Of a DNA stretch of 64,000 bases, positions 37,936 to 50,480 are shown in pieces; positions within the stretch are counted from its first letter, which is position 1, and every line of letters begins with the position of its first letter. Source of the stretch: Mobula hypostoma (lineage: Eukaryota). The translations under genes were made by a program, and so were the position numbers. The notes beneath the pieces are model-generated. The model did not search any database, had not been told where the DNA came from, and worked only from the letters and a program-made list of their open reading frames with translations. The stretch lies in contig NC_086097.1 of NCBI RefSeq assembly GCF_963921235.1, forward strand, positions 123,444,001 to 123,508,000, in the 5' to 3' direction.

Positions 37936-38154
37936 ACTTCCTCCTCTCCTTAAATAACAGGAAAAAAAATGAAAAAACCAAACCCTCTTCACCTTGCCCG
38001 TTTAGCCAAAGCCCTTAAGCCTTCACTCTGCTCCCGGCTCCCTCTGCAGCCCGCAAACTAGCAATTATTTTTGGTCTTGATTTCCTTACTTATAAAGGCT
38101 TATGTTAGCTTAGAGTAAAACTTGGTTCAATGTTTGATATAAGCTATCCTGTTT

Positions 38155-38595
38155 TCAAAATTCAAAGTAAATTTATTGTCAAAGTACATAAATTTCATCA
38201 TATACTACCCTGATATTCATTTTCTTGCAGGCATTCACAGTGGAACAAAGAAGTGCAATAGAATCAGTGAAAAACTGCACACAAACAAAATCTGATGAAC
38301 AACTAATGTGCAAAAGACAAAAAGTTGTGCAAATACAAATAATAAAAAACAAAATAATAATGATAAAATACAGTAATAATTAATTGAAACTTGATTTGTA
38401 GAGACCTTAAAAGTGAGTTCATTGGTTATGAATCAGTTCAGAGTTGGGGTGAGTGAATTTATCCACACTGATTCAGGAGCCTGATGTCTGAAGGACAATA
38501 ACTGTTCCTGACCCTGGTGGTGCGGGACATAAGGCTCCCGTACCTCCTGCCCAGTTGCAGTAGTGAGAAGAGAGCATGGCCTGGATGGTGGGAGT
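38155..38595 (-). mobile_element. Rex1/Babar 3' fragment
   Basis: Shared tail plus HHPGHALFSL...GRRYGSL on the reverse strand. Confidence 0.8.
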
Positions 38596-40165
38596 GGTTA
38601 ATACACTCAATTTCATTTCTAAAAGGGCTTATCTAACGAATTTAATATTAAACACACAGCGCATATTTTCCTTGTATGAATATAGTGATAAGTCAATTAT
38701 AAGTCACTTATAAATCAATAGCATCATATCATTTTAAGTAAAGTTTGGATATTAAACACACAGCGCATATTTTCCTCGTATGAACATATAAAATCATTGC
38801 AACACACCAATATCATTGAATCAGTGGGAGCCCTGGGCTTGTTTCCCTGCAACAAGACAATCCCATCGAGGGGTGATGGGAGACAGCGATACTCGAAGGG
38901 GGTTCCTTATATCCAGCCTATTCCGCAATTTAGTTTTCATTGCATTCATTGCAGAAAACTCCGCTTCTCAGAGATATGATGTTGGAAATGGAAGCAACGT
39001 TTTCAGTGCTTTCGTGGCTTTCTCGGGATACTCAGCCTTGACTTTGATCCAGAATGCCTGCAGAGGTGTTATGTCAAACATACTTTTCAGCCCACAGTCA
39101 TTTACAAGCTCGAGAAATTGATCTTCTTCCCATGCTGAAATGGATGATTCACCGGGGACATTTACAACTTTGCACGTCTTGGGTCATTTGTGGTTGGGAA
39201 TTAACCCTCGAATTCTGTCGACTGTGAAGATTTTTGATCGTGCACCAGCTGTGAGAAAGACGGTGTAGCCTCAGTCTCTCCCAAAATCCCAGCTAATGTT
39301 GAGAACATGTCAAATATGCCCCTGTCCACTCGCAGTCCCCACAGTTCCAGTTTGGCTTTGAAAGCAGACACTTTATCTGTCAACTTGAAGACAGTTGTCA
39401 TTCTCCCCTGAAGTGACAAATTGAGTTCATTGAGCAGTTTGAAGATGTCACACAGATAAGCGAGTTTTGCTATCCACTCCTCATCACTGAAGGTAACCTT
39501 TTTCCTGAAAGAAATCTCTGTAGCTGCTCTTAACTCAAAAACCCTGGCCAGTCTCTCCCCCTTGATAGCCACCTGACTTCAGTGTGTAAGAGAAGGCGTT
39601 TGTGCTCTGCATCTATTTCCTCGTAAAGCTGCTCAAACAGACGTTTCTTATCCTTAGCAATACGGTTAGCCACTAAGTACGACGCTCTCAGAGCAGCAGC
39701 ATTTGTGGAAGTGGTTGCTCTCAGCACTTGCTTCTGTCCCACTTGCTCTCATTTTTCCCGCTCAAAAAACTCGACGGGTTTGTCTTTAAGTGCAGGGTGC
39801 TTGGACTCAAGGTGCCGAAGCAGTTTTGAGGGCTTCATTGCCTCATTAGACAGATTGTCTCCACGTATTGCACACAAGGGGCTTGGAACGTGCAAGAAAC
39901 TGGTCGCATTAAAGCCATACTTTATGTACGACTCACCGTACTTTCTGCTGAAGGAAGCTTTCTTTTTTTTTGCGGCCTCATCTGTCTCTGCGTTATCATC
40001 ATTGTTAGGCCTTTTATGTCCCCTACCACCTCTTCCAAAGAAACTCTCAAGCAACGTTTGTTCTTTTACTCATCATACCGCCAAATCATATCGTTTCCTC
40101 GCGGCCTGGTAGCACATGCTTTGCGGCCTGGTACCGGTCCAAGGCCTGGTGGTTGGGGACCACTG
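38596..40165 (-). mobile_element. Second Buster/Charlie hAT copy, internally deleted and missing one end
   Basis: Closely similar to 27500-29812; TIR ggttggggaccactg ends at 40165, followed by actTAcgg (nnnTAnnn). Confidence 0.9.
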
Positions 40166-41879
40166 ACTTACGGCATTGAAGGAACAGTATTCTTTCATGA
40201 TTCCAAGGAAGCGTCTAATGCATGTGAAGTTTATTTTTTGCATCACTTCATTGAGAGGAACCAAGATAGAATTCCTCGAGAACAGTTCTGCAGTATTGTC
40301 AAATGTCGGGTAGATGAAATCAATGCATTCTTCCATAGTTTTTGCTGGCAGAATCATATCTTCAGGTAATTCGATTTCATCGTTTTCATTTTTCTCAATC
40401 TTGTCTTCTCCAACATCCAATAAGAAATCAGAATATCGTCCTTCTCCCTCACTCAATTGCATGTTTCTCTTCAATTGAAACTTGAAGAAGCTTCTCCATA
40501 AGTAGAGTTTTTTAATGCATGAATTCTCCACATCAGCATCAATTCCGCGTTTCACAACTGCTAGAAGCTGATGGAAATCGCTACAGCAATGGTTAAAATA
40601 CCTCCGAAGGCCTCATTCTAACTGCATACATCACGAACAGTCCGGTCCACTGCTTTGAAGCTCTCCCTCCTAATCATGGGACACTCATCCCAGACAATAA
40701 GTCTCACATTTCAGAGTAAATTTGCAGTATTGGTGTTTTTATTGATGTTACAAAGGGCATCTTCATTGACTTTGAGGGGTATTTTGAATCTTGAATGCCC
40801 TGTCCTACCACCAGGCATCAATGTTGCTGCAATACCTGATGATGCTACAGCAATAGCAACACCTCCATCTCCCCTAACTTTAGCGAGGATTAAGTTGATG
40901 ATAAATGTCTAGCCCGTTCCTCCTGGTGTATCAATGAAAATCATTGAAGAGTGATTCCTTTCCATGTAATTGCACACATATTCATATACTTCTCTTTGCT
41001 CATTATTCAATAGGGTACTCTTTGCCACATATTCTCGAGTTGATCTTTCCTTTTCTCCTCTGTCTCTTCCTCTCTCCTCCTTCTCTGCCTGTTTTTGTCA
41101 TTCTGGAGACGCGCAGCCCTTTCATCCTTCATCTCTTCATCTCTTCTACCATTTGTTCTTTCTCTCTGATCCCGGAGTCGCGCAGCCCTGGCCTGACCCG
41201 ATTCTTGTTCTCTCCTCCATCTGTGCCAGTTGCTGTCATTTTGGAGACGTGCATGCCTCTCCTCCTCTGTCTCTTTTCTCTCATCTTTTTTGTCCTGACT
41301 CTTTGATCCTGGCATCGTGCGGCCATGGCTTCATCTGATTGTTGTTCTCTCCCTCTCCTTGCTGCTTCCCGACGACATTTGGCATCATCTCTTGACCATA
41401 ATGTCCCCCTTCTCTTTCCACGCGGCATAATTAGGCTGTCCATATTTTTTTACTCTAATGCTTGATAGAAGATATGAAGCAGTAACACCAAAGCCTACAG
41501 CATGCTGATTTTTCTTGATGATGTGGTTAGCGCTCTCCTAAATGGACATGATAGCCCTGCCCTTTTGCCGTGGTTGGTGTCACTGCTGTGAGCATCGTGA
41601 GGAACTGCTGAGGCTGGCCGTGCCCATGCGACGTGGTGTCGCGTCACGGTTTCCTTCAAAGCTGGAATCGGCTTGGGTTGTGGAAGGCAGGGCCTGTTGA
41701 GCAATTTTATGCAAATATATAACCCTGAACTTTGCTTGCATTCTGTAAGTTAGCACATTTTAAGTTGACTTAGTCAAAAAAAGTGCTGCTATAATGCACT
41801 GTTTGGCCTAATTGGAGGTCACAAACAGACAAACAGACAAACAGACAAACAGAGCATGAGAATTTTAGTAGTATATAGA
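40166..41879 (-). mobile_element. Helitron 5' part: 23-aa STPR-like repeats joined to a Pif1 helicase fragment, Rep domain absent
   Basis: 5' end A|TCTATATACTACTAAAA followed by (TCTGTTTG)n; LNNEQREVYE, IDTPGGTG*TF, VASSGIAATLMPGGRTGHSRFKIP, LIVWDECPM, AFGG, QLKRNMQ, FLLDVGED. Confidence 0.9.
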
Positions 41880-42353
41880 TTAACTTCTAAAGAATAACAC
41901 TACATTTTATCTTATCACTACATTTTCAACGGCAGGGAGGCTCTTTGGCAGTAACTAACATTTATCACAACTCCTTTTTCTAGTTTTTTAATGACTATAT
42001 CATGAGACATAATCATTCTTCACTCCATTTCACTGATTTCAATGCCATGTAGAATCAGCAATGCTCTGTTATAACATACTGTACCTTGTGAAGGGATTGA
42101 TTATCCCTGACAGTGGTCCACATTTCAAAGTATCCACAGAGATGTTCCTATTATAATACTGTAGACTGACATTCCTCCCCCCACTCCAATATTTGTGTTG
42201 ATGAACCAGATATTTTCTGTTCCTGTGTTGTTTTAATTCATTACGACTTTAAATATTTCTAATTACGTCATCTTTTAAATGCTGTTAATATACAAACTTA
42301 AAAGGTCCAAAATCTAAATGAAATATAGGGGAGGCAATTCAGTCTGAGGAGAA

Positions 42354-42578
42354 CATAAGAACATAAGAAATAGGAGCAGGAGTAGGCCATTTGGCCTGTC
42401 AAGCCTGCTCCACCATTCAATATCATGGCTGATCCGGCCACAGATTCATCTCCACCTACCTGCCTTTTCCCCATAACCCTTAATTCCCCTATTATTCAAA
42501 AATCTACCCAACCTGTCTTAAGTATATTTACTGAGGTAGCCTCCACTGCTTCATTGGGCAGAGAATCCCACAGATTCC
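42354..42578 (-). mobile_element. CR1 3' tail fragment
   Basis: (acataaga)n tail followed by aggagcaggagtaggccatt. Confidence 0.8.
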
Positions 42579-42594
42579 AGAGGAGAGCAGGAAG

Positions 42595-42918
42595 GATTAA
42601 AGTTTAGCTTTATTTGCCTCACATACACTGAAACATACAGCAAAATACAGCGTTCGTGTCAAATCAAGTCAGCGAGGATGTACTAGGGGCAGCCCGCAAG
42701 TGTCACCATGCTTCCAGTGCCAACATAGCATTTCCACAACTCATTAGCCGTAACAATACATCTTTGGAATATGGGAGGAAACCAGAGCACCTGGAGGAAA
42801 CCCACGCAGTTAAGGAGTGAACATACAAACGCATTACAGAAGCAGCAGGAATTGAACACCAGTTGGTGATCACTGGTGCTGTAATAGCATTACATGAACC
42901 ACAATGCTACAGTGTTGT
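42595..42918 (-). mobile_element. V-SINE with Rex1-like tail
   Basis: Reverse complement of 3563-3860. Confidence 0.75.
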
Positions 42919-43699
42919 ACTATGGGATGGTGGGATAACCAATAAAGTATACTCTTCTGTAGGAGATTCCCAAACTTTCTTCCCTACGGAGTGATCTGTG
43001 TTCCCTGCCCAGATCCCTGTCGTTCTTAACTCTAGATAAAAAGATTAAATATAAACTATTTGTTGTTACAACCTTTGTTTCAGACTTTACTGGTTCTCAC
43101 TAAAGGAGTCAACCTTCCATTCTGAAAGCTTTGGCCTTACACAATTTCCAAGGGAATGCAAATCAAGTTGTGGAGAAGGAAGTATATTACCAGTGGGTCA
43201 GCTGTTAAAATCTGTTTTCTTGTCCTGCTGAAACTATAAGTTACAATGAGAGACTTTGAGACTTTTACTGTGCCATGGTCTGTTCTTATCAAATTACGGT
43301 ATTGCTTTGCACTGTTGTAACTATATGTTATAATTATGTGGTTTTTGTTAGTTTTTAATTGGGTTTGTCATGTGTTTTTCGTGGTATCATTCTGGAAAAA
43401 CATTTTATCATTTCTTAATGCATGCATTACTAAATGACAATAAAAGGGGACTGTGTGTCCTCATAATCATAATAATATTGCCAAAAATATCTTCTCATGT
43501 ACACAGCACAATTACTTGTAAGCAGATCAATCATTTTGTCCTTATGGAGACAATCATAATATCAAAAGCTCCCTTCTGGAAAGTGCTTCAGGGCTATTAA
43601 AACTAAAACGTCACGTCATCTTCGAAGTTTCTTCCCCTAGTCAGTTAATCTGATTAAGCATTCTAATTAGCCCCCCCCACCCATCTATTACAAGCCAAA

Positions 43700-43878
43700 G
43701 AAAATCTGCAGATGCTGGAAATCAAAGTTATACACACAAGATGCTGGAGGAACTCAGCAGGCCAGGCAGCATCTATGGAAAAGAGTAAACAGTCGATGTT
43801 TCCACCGAAATGTCAACTGTTTAATTTTTCTATAGATGCTGTCTGGTCTGCTGAGTTCCTCCAGTATTTTGTGTGTAT
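43700..43878. mobile_element. Inverted dimer of a Penelope-like pseudo-LTR
   Basis: Arms meet at ~43803: cagtcgatgtttccaccgaaatgtcaactg. Confidence 0.75.
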
Positions 43879-44213
43879 CCCTCTATCCATTACCTCAATT
43901 GCTTTTTATAATTTTATAATTTTCTTTACATTGTAAATACATGCTGATATTGATGCATTTATGCACATTTTATTCCATATCCATATTTTAACCTTTATTT
44001 TATATATTCCTTTATTCTGAATAATTGTCAGTTGTTGTTGCATGTCATGCCAACACACCACAGCAAATTTTCTAATACATGTAAAGTATATGGTGAATAA
44101 AGATAATCCTTGATATACAGCTGCCTAATACACTGTATAACGATGTGAATGTATATAGGCCATCCCCAGGTTACAAGAGGTTTCCATCGCTGTGAACTAT
44201 TCATAACCTGGAC

Positions 44214-45730
44214 AAACACACACAAAACCATGGGAGGAACTCAGCAGGTCAAGCAGAATATATGAAGTGAAATGAAGAGTTCCATGTTTTGGGCCAAGAC
44301 CCTTCATCAGGACTGGAAAGAAAGGGGGTGGAATTCAGAATAAAAAGGGGGAAGGAGGAGGGAAGTATCATGAGCTGAAGGGTGATACAGGAGAGGGGGA
44401 AGGTGGGTAGGTGGGGGAGAGGGGAAGTGAGAATGAAGTGAGAACTTGGGAGGTGATAGGTGGAGGTGGCAAAGGGGTGACAGAATGGAATCAGGTGGTG
44501 GGGACAGAGGTGGAGAACCAGAATGAAGAAAGTACATGTGGTAGGCAAGTCGTGAGGGTGGGTAGGGGAAAAAGAAGGGTAAAGGGGTCAGAGAGATAAG
44601 GGAGAAGAAAAGGTGGGGCCAGAGGATAGTGGTTAACAAAAGTTAGAGAAATTGATGATAATGCCATCAGATTGGAGACTGCCTAAAACAGAACATGAGA
44701 TATTGTTCCTCTAATTTTCAATTAGTCTCAACTTAGTAGCGGGGGAGGCTGTAGACAGTCCTATCACTGTGGGAATGGGAGGAGGAATTAAAATAACTGA
44801 CCATCAGGAGATCCTGGCAGATAAGGCCAATAAAAGTGCTAATGAAACCATCCCCCAATCTCTGCCTGGTCTCACCGATGTAGAAAAGGCCTCACCCAGA
44901 GCACCAGATGAAATAAATGACACCAATAGATTCACAAGTGCTGGAAGGACTGTTTAGCGCCCTGAATGGTCTTGAGGGAGGGGGCATGGTTGCAGGGATA
45001 AGTGCCTGGAAGGAGGTCCATGGGGAAGGACAAGCAGGGAAGGGAGTCACAGAGAGATAATCATGGCAGAAAGTAGGGAGAAAAGGGGAATATGAGCATG
45101 GTCGTGGGATCCCATTGGAGATGGTAGAAGTTACAGAGAATTATATGTTGGATGCAGTGGTGCAGGTGAGGGCTATATTCGTAGCAGTAGAGAGAAACCC
45201 CCATGTTCTGAAGAAAGAGGACATCTTGGATGTTCTGGAGTGGAAAGCCTCATCATGAGAACAGATGCAGCAGAGACAGAGAAACCGAGAGATATCAGCA
45301 TCCTTACAAATAACAGAGTAAAGAAGATATGAAGTTGAGGTGACTATTGGAGTCAGTAGGTCTGTAAAAGATGTGCGTAGATAATCTGTCCCCTGAGATG
45401 AAGATAGCGAGAAAGGGAAAGAGGCATTACAAATGGACCAGAATCAAAATCAGGTTTATTATCAATAACACATGTCCTGAAATTTGTGGTTTTGCAGAGG
45501 CAGTACAGTGAAAAACATATACTATTCAATAAGTTACAGTAAGAAATATATATAATTAAAAAATAAGTGGTGAAAAAGGAGCAGAAAAAGTGAGATAGTG
45601 TTCATTGGTGGATGGACTGTTCAGAAATGAACTGGAGGGCAGGGTGAAAGCTGATGAAATGGACAAGCTCTGCATGGATGTATGAGGCAGCACCAAACCA
45701 GTCATCGACGTGGTGGAGAAAGAGTTGGTG
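44214..45730 (-). mobile_element. Penelope-like element 3' portion (GIY-YIG region plus pseudo-LTR); Rex1-tail insert at ~45440-45625
   Basis: Reverse strand ...LEEQYLMFC(F)GSLQSDGIIINFSNF; CTGATGA hammerhead core at 44310-44304. Confidence 0.75.
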
Positions 45731-46024
45731 AGTATACCTATAAGCCAGGTGTTCATATGTTGGGGATATTTATTATAACTATGTGAATGCATAAGCTGGT
45801 GTAAGAGTTTAGTGAACACCCAAAAGCACATGATATTGTCTTCTACCATATTTTTTTTTAAACTTTCAAGCTGTAAGAAATAAAAAATACAAAGTAGTTT
45901 CAGATTTGTTCACTTTTGTAGGTCTACTTTCTAATAATGTATTGATATGAAACAACAAATGTACCCAAATAAGTTCTGTGTTTTGGCCAAGGCTTTCCCT
46001 TATTCATTTCTGTTTTTGATTTAC

Positions 46025-46235
46025 TTGAAGATATAGCACAGGATGGTAGCAGACCCTTCCAGCCCGATTGCATCCACGTGACAAATTAGCCTACTAACCC
46101 GTACGTCTTTGGAATGTGGGAGGGAACCAGAACACCCTGAGGAAACCTATTCAGGCACGGGGAGAACGTGCAAACCACTGACGGGCAACAACGGGAATTG
46201 AACCCACATCACTGCATTACACTAACCACCACCCT
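46025..46235 (-). mobile_element. V-SINE fragment
   Basis: ggaatgtgggagggaaccagaacaccctgaggaaacc; gggaattgaaccc B-box complement. Confidence 0.7.
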
Positions 46236-46714
46236 CATATTCTTCTGTTTGTCTTACCCGACAGATTTCAAGTTGGTGGACCCGCTTCCGTGCCCAACTC
46301 TGTTTCCAATCAACCTAGGCTCACAACCAGAAAGGGACCAAATGCTTGCCAACACAATTGGCTTCTTTCATCGATTGCCAAGCTGGCCAACAAATTCTTA
46401 TTATTTATAGTCATTGAGAAAGGAATATCAAAGTTTCCCACAATAGCATTTTATTTTCCCATTTTATTAGCTTCCTTTTAAAAACCAGCTTCTGCAGTAA
46501 CTTATTCTCCTTTAAGTAACAAGGCCAAAAAATCTCACATCAGAGTTAAAAGCACTGGTTAAATTTCTCATTACATGGCAGTTGCAAGAATGGATCTGGC
46601 AGCAACGCACAAAATATGCAAGTAGGTGAATAATGCAGTTTATAGACCTGCAATCTTCTACTACTAAAATGTTTGAAAATCTCACTTTTGAAAGACAATG
46701 ATAGCACTTAAGTA

Positions 46715-46875
46715 AAAACACACACAAAATTCTGAAGGAACTCAGCATATCAGGAAGTTTTTGCCCAAAACATTGATTGTTTATTCCTTTCCATAAATGC
46801 TGCTTGATTTACTGAGTTTGTCCAGCATTTTACATTTGTTGCTATGGATATCTAACATTTGCAAATCTCTTGTAT
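46715..46875. mobile_element. Inverted dimer of a Penelope-like pseudo-LTR, degenerate
   Basis: acacacacaaaattctgaaggaactcagca ... ctgagtttgtccagcatttt. Confidence 0.65.
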
Positions 46876-47075
46876 GTACTTATGTTGATAACCTGGGTAA
46901 TATCCAAGTTGCATTTCTTCAAAATAAATTTGTTAAATGTGTATGTTGGGGTTGATTTTACTCACACAGCACATTTTTCCTAAGACTTTTGCTGACGAGC
47001 TACTCTGCATGAGAACTACTACTCATTTCATGTCCATTGTTCATTAAAGTTACAAATATTACTCACCCACAACTA

Positions 47076-47435
47076 CATTCATCGGCCACTTTATTTGTTA
47101 CCTCCTGTACCTATTAAGTGGCCACTGAGTGTATGTTCATGGTCTTCTGCTTCAAGATTTGACATGGTGTATGTTCAGAGATGCTCTTCTGTACACCACT
47201 GTTATTGTTGCCTTCTTGACAGTTTGAATCAGTCTGGCCATTCTCCTCTGACCTCTCTCCTTATCGAGGCATTTTCACCCACAGAACTGACACTCATTGA
47301 ATATTTTTTTGTATGTTTTTCACACCATAAGCTGTAAACTCTAGAGACTGTGGTATGTGAAAATCCCAGGAGATCAGCAGTTTCTGAGATACACAAACCA
47401 GCCCAACTGGCACCAACAATTGTTCCACATTCAAA
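47076..47435 (-). mobile_element. Tc1-like element 3' part with terminal TIR palindrome
   Basis: ggccactttatttgttacctcctgtacctattaagtggccactgagtgta. Confidence 0.8.
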
Positions 47436-48589
47436 GTCTGACCTGTACTGTGCTGAGCATCTAATAAAATGACTGCTACCATAAGATTAGCATCTCATTC
47501 TTGACTTCCGAAGAATGTTCCTGACAAAATTATCTGCAAATTCAAGACTGACTGCAAAATCTACATCCTCCTACTTTCTAAAACCTTCTTCTTCAAAATC
47601 AGTATTTTAAGACATTTTAAAGAAATTTCACCAGATCTAGAAATGAAACCTTTAGCTAACAATCTAAAATTGATGGAGAAATAGTTGAAACCGTACATGT
47701 ACGCATGTGCGCGTAAGTGTTCAACCTTTGTGGCTGTTTGCTTCTCATTCACCCAAAACTCAGACACATTGAAGTCAATAGTATGTATATGTTTAGGAAG
47801 GATACTAGTTTCTGCTTTTGCCTGATAGTATATAGCCAGCCCATCTTCCTCTGTTTAATCTGCTCAAAACTTGCAGCAGAGTTTGTCAATATTGTTTACA
47901 TTTCCAGGAGCTATGGAACTAATCGCAGACTTGGAGTTCCTCTTTCAACTACTTGGAAGCATGTCAAATTTAAAAAAGAAGGAAGATGTGAATTTAACAA
48001 ATTTAATTCTTTGTTCTTTTCCAAATTTATCTTTGCCCCAGACAAAATCCTAAGGTATTAATTGGATGTCCCTAATTAGCCACAAAAATAACTATCTATG
48101 ACTCCTTCCAAATTAATCTTCAAAAACTAAAACTATGTGTAAGATTTTTCCCAACAGAATTCCTGATGTTTAACATTGATTAAAAAGTGCTAAAGGGATT
48201 TTATATGGGTTGAATCATTCATTTGTTTTAATCCAAAAGAAAAATTCAGATAGGTGGGAACTGACTACTTTTCCGAAATGCATTTGTATTTTATACCCAC
48301 ACAGATATAAAACAGTAAGATCATTCTATAATTGTGTAGAGTTAGCAGACACAAGCTTCCAATTAAATAAACACTTTCTTATTACAAAATACAGGAATTC
48401 TCTTGAAACATGAGACTAAATCATATATTAGAAGTTTGATTCATGAAGACGTAATCAACAGTAAGAATTTTGTTAGAAAGTAAGTCAATGCAAAAAAAAA
48501 CTGAATAACTTTGTGATGGTTCAGTGAGTTTCCAAAGTAACTGAACAATATGGATTGGTCATGATTACAACATGTAATCAAAGATTACA

Positions 48590-49800
48590 GCAAAGATGGT
48601 GCTGCAAGAAATGGCGACGTGTTACAGGTAGCTAACAAAACTACTAACGGTGCTAATAAACTTTATCAGGACTACGATCAATGCAATCTGCAGGCTATAA
48701 TTTCCCACTGGATGACGTGTGCTTGAACCGTCTCTATGATACGGCTTTTTTTTGGTATCCTGAAGTAGTGGACTGGACTCTTGATTATGCAGATATGGTG
48801 GCACCAGCCATTTCTGGAGCAGACCTGGGACCAGACCGAAGTGGCGGGGCCCAGGGCTAAGAACAGATAACAAACTGATGTCCAGCCAGTTTAAGCACCA
48901 AGCCAGATTTAAATGATTAAGGCGTCAAGGCCAAGAGTAATGGAAGAATCAGCTCACTACTCCTTGAGGTTTTATTCACCTCAGTGCTGGACTGACTCTA
49001 CAGCTGTGGCCAGTAAGCGTTGGTACCCGTCTCAGCACCGATCCTGGCTTCCCGGCTGTGGCCTGTAAGCGTTGGTACCTGCCTCAGCACTGAACCTGAC
49101 TCCGCGGCTGTGGCCTGTAAGCATTGGTACCCACCTCAGCACTGATCCTGGCTTCGCGGCTGTGGCCTGTAAGCATTGGTACCTGCCTCAGCACTGAACC
49201 TGACTCCGCGGCTGTGGCCTGTAAGTGTTGGTACCTGCCTCAGCACTGAACCTGGCTTCGCGGCTGTGGCCTGTAAGCGTTGGTACCTGCCTCAGCGCTG
49301 AACCTGACTCCGCGGCTGTGGCCTGTAAGCGTTGGTACCTGCCTCAGCACTGATCCTGGCTTCCCGGCTGTGGCCTGTAAGCATTGGTACCTGCCTCAGC
49401 ACTGAACCTGACTCCGCGGCTGTGGCCTGTAAGCGTTGGTACCTGCCTCAGCACTGATCCTGGCTTTGCGGCTGTGGCCTGTAAGCGTTGGTACCTGCCT
49501 CAGCACTGAACCTGACTCCGCGGCTGTGGCCTACAGCCATCATCCTCCAAGACCAGCTGCAGCACTGAACTAGCTCTGAGACTGTAGACTTACTTTTGGG
49601 GACTCTGAAATTCATAGTCTGTGGATTATTTGTTTGCTTGTTTTAATGTCTTGCACTATTTGTTCTTTCTATTTCGCACATTAGATGTATGATCGTGTTT
49701 GTGGTGGGCAGTTCCTTGTGTATTCTATTGTGTTTCTTTTTTCTGTGGCTGCCTGCAAGAAGATGAATCTCGAAGTATGCCGTACATACTTTGATGTCTG
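48590..49800 (+). mobile_element. Non-autonomous Rex1-tailed element hosting the minisatellite
   Basis: Starts caaagatggtgc; ends gcctgcaagaagatgaatctc...tactttgat (shared tail). Confidence 0.55.
48979..49570. repeat. 52-bp minisatellite, ~11 copies, alternating A/B variants
   Basis: GGTACC recurs at 49022, 49074, 49126... (period 52); unit cctcagcactga(t/a)cctg(g/a)ct(t/c)cgcggctgtggcctgtaagcgttggtacctg. Confidence 0.95.
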
Positions 49801-50480
49801 ACATGACCCTCCCCTCAAACCACTATCATACACATCATGTTATGAACACACCAACCCTCCACCTCTTCCTTTGTTGCAACCCACACAAAACCTTCCACAA
49901 TAACACACTTAAAATGAAAAGCATTATGGATGCAGTTGGAAAAAGCTCAAAGTTTGAAATATGGGAGGATAATTAAAGACTTGTTTCAGATTTGCATTCC
50001 ATGAAGTTGGTGTAGTCAGGTTTAAACAAGTTGAGTCTCTACTTTCGCTTTGCATATTTACTTGTTGTAAAGCAATTAATCTAATCTTACTTAGTATTAT
50101 TTTTACTTCAAAATATTTTCAGGATTGCTTATAGCAACATATGTAAGAGACACAATCATCATATTGTAAATGGATATTACAGGTCTCTTGGTTCCAATAC
50201 TGGAATTTAGAAAGTCGCAGATCACCTCAAAGCAAAAAGACAGAAGGACTTTTGCTTTTGATGCAAAAATTATCATTGCTCAAAACTGATTGTTATGAGA
50301 AACAATTTTTCTCTCAAGTTTCTGCTCAAACTGATTTAAGTATTAATTCATTTGAAAACTAGATACTTGGATAGTGAAGTAGAATATTATTGCTATTTGC
50401 GTGGTAATTATCACCAGACATAAGCATTTAACAAGAGGGCTTGATCAGCTCTTGTGAGTAAACCTGATTTCAGACAACAA

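Larger units (their letters stand above)
32400..38060 (-). mobile_element. Full-length CR1 LINE (5'UTR, ORF1, APE-RT ORF2, tail), frameshifted and interrupted by a younger CR1
   Basis: Collinear ORFs 37444-37992, 37219-37428, 36644-36988 (YFNARSI, ISETWL), 36015-36461, 34916-35974, 34589-34828, 32482-32967; (tatggtta)n tail. Confidence 0.95.

Noticed and set aside
40166..41000. Host PIF1 helicase gene
   Set aside because: Intronless, has stops (including at the Walker A lysine) and is linked to a Helitron 5' terminus
47908..47987. Plus-strand exon candidate (tttccag ... gtgaat)
   Set aside because: Weak donor, unrecognised peptide, no partner exons
48979..49570. CRISPR-like array
   Set aside because: Whole 52-bp units repeat with no unique spacers; eukaryotic context and no cas genes
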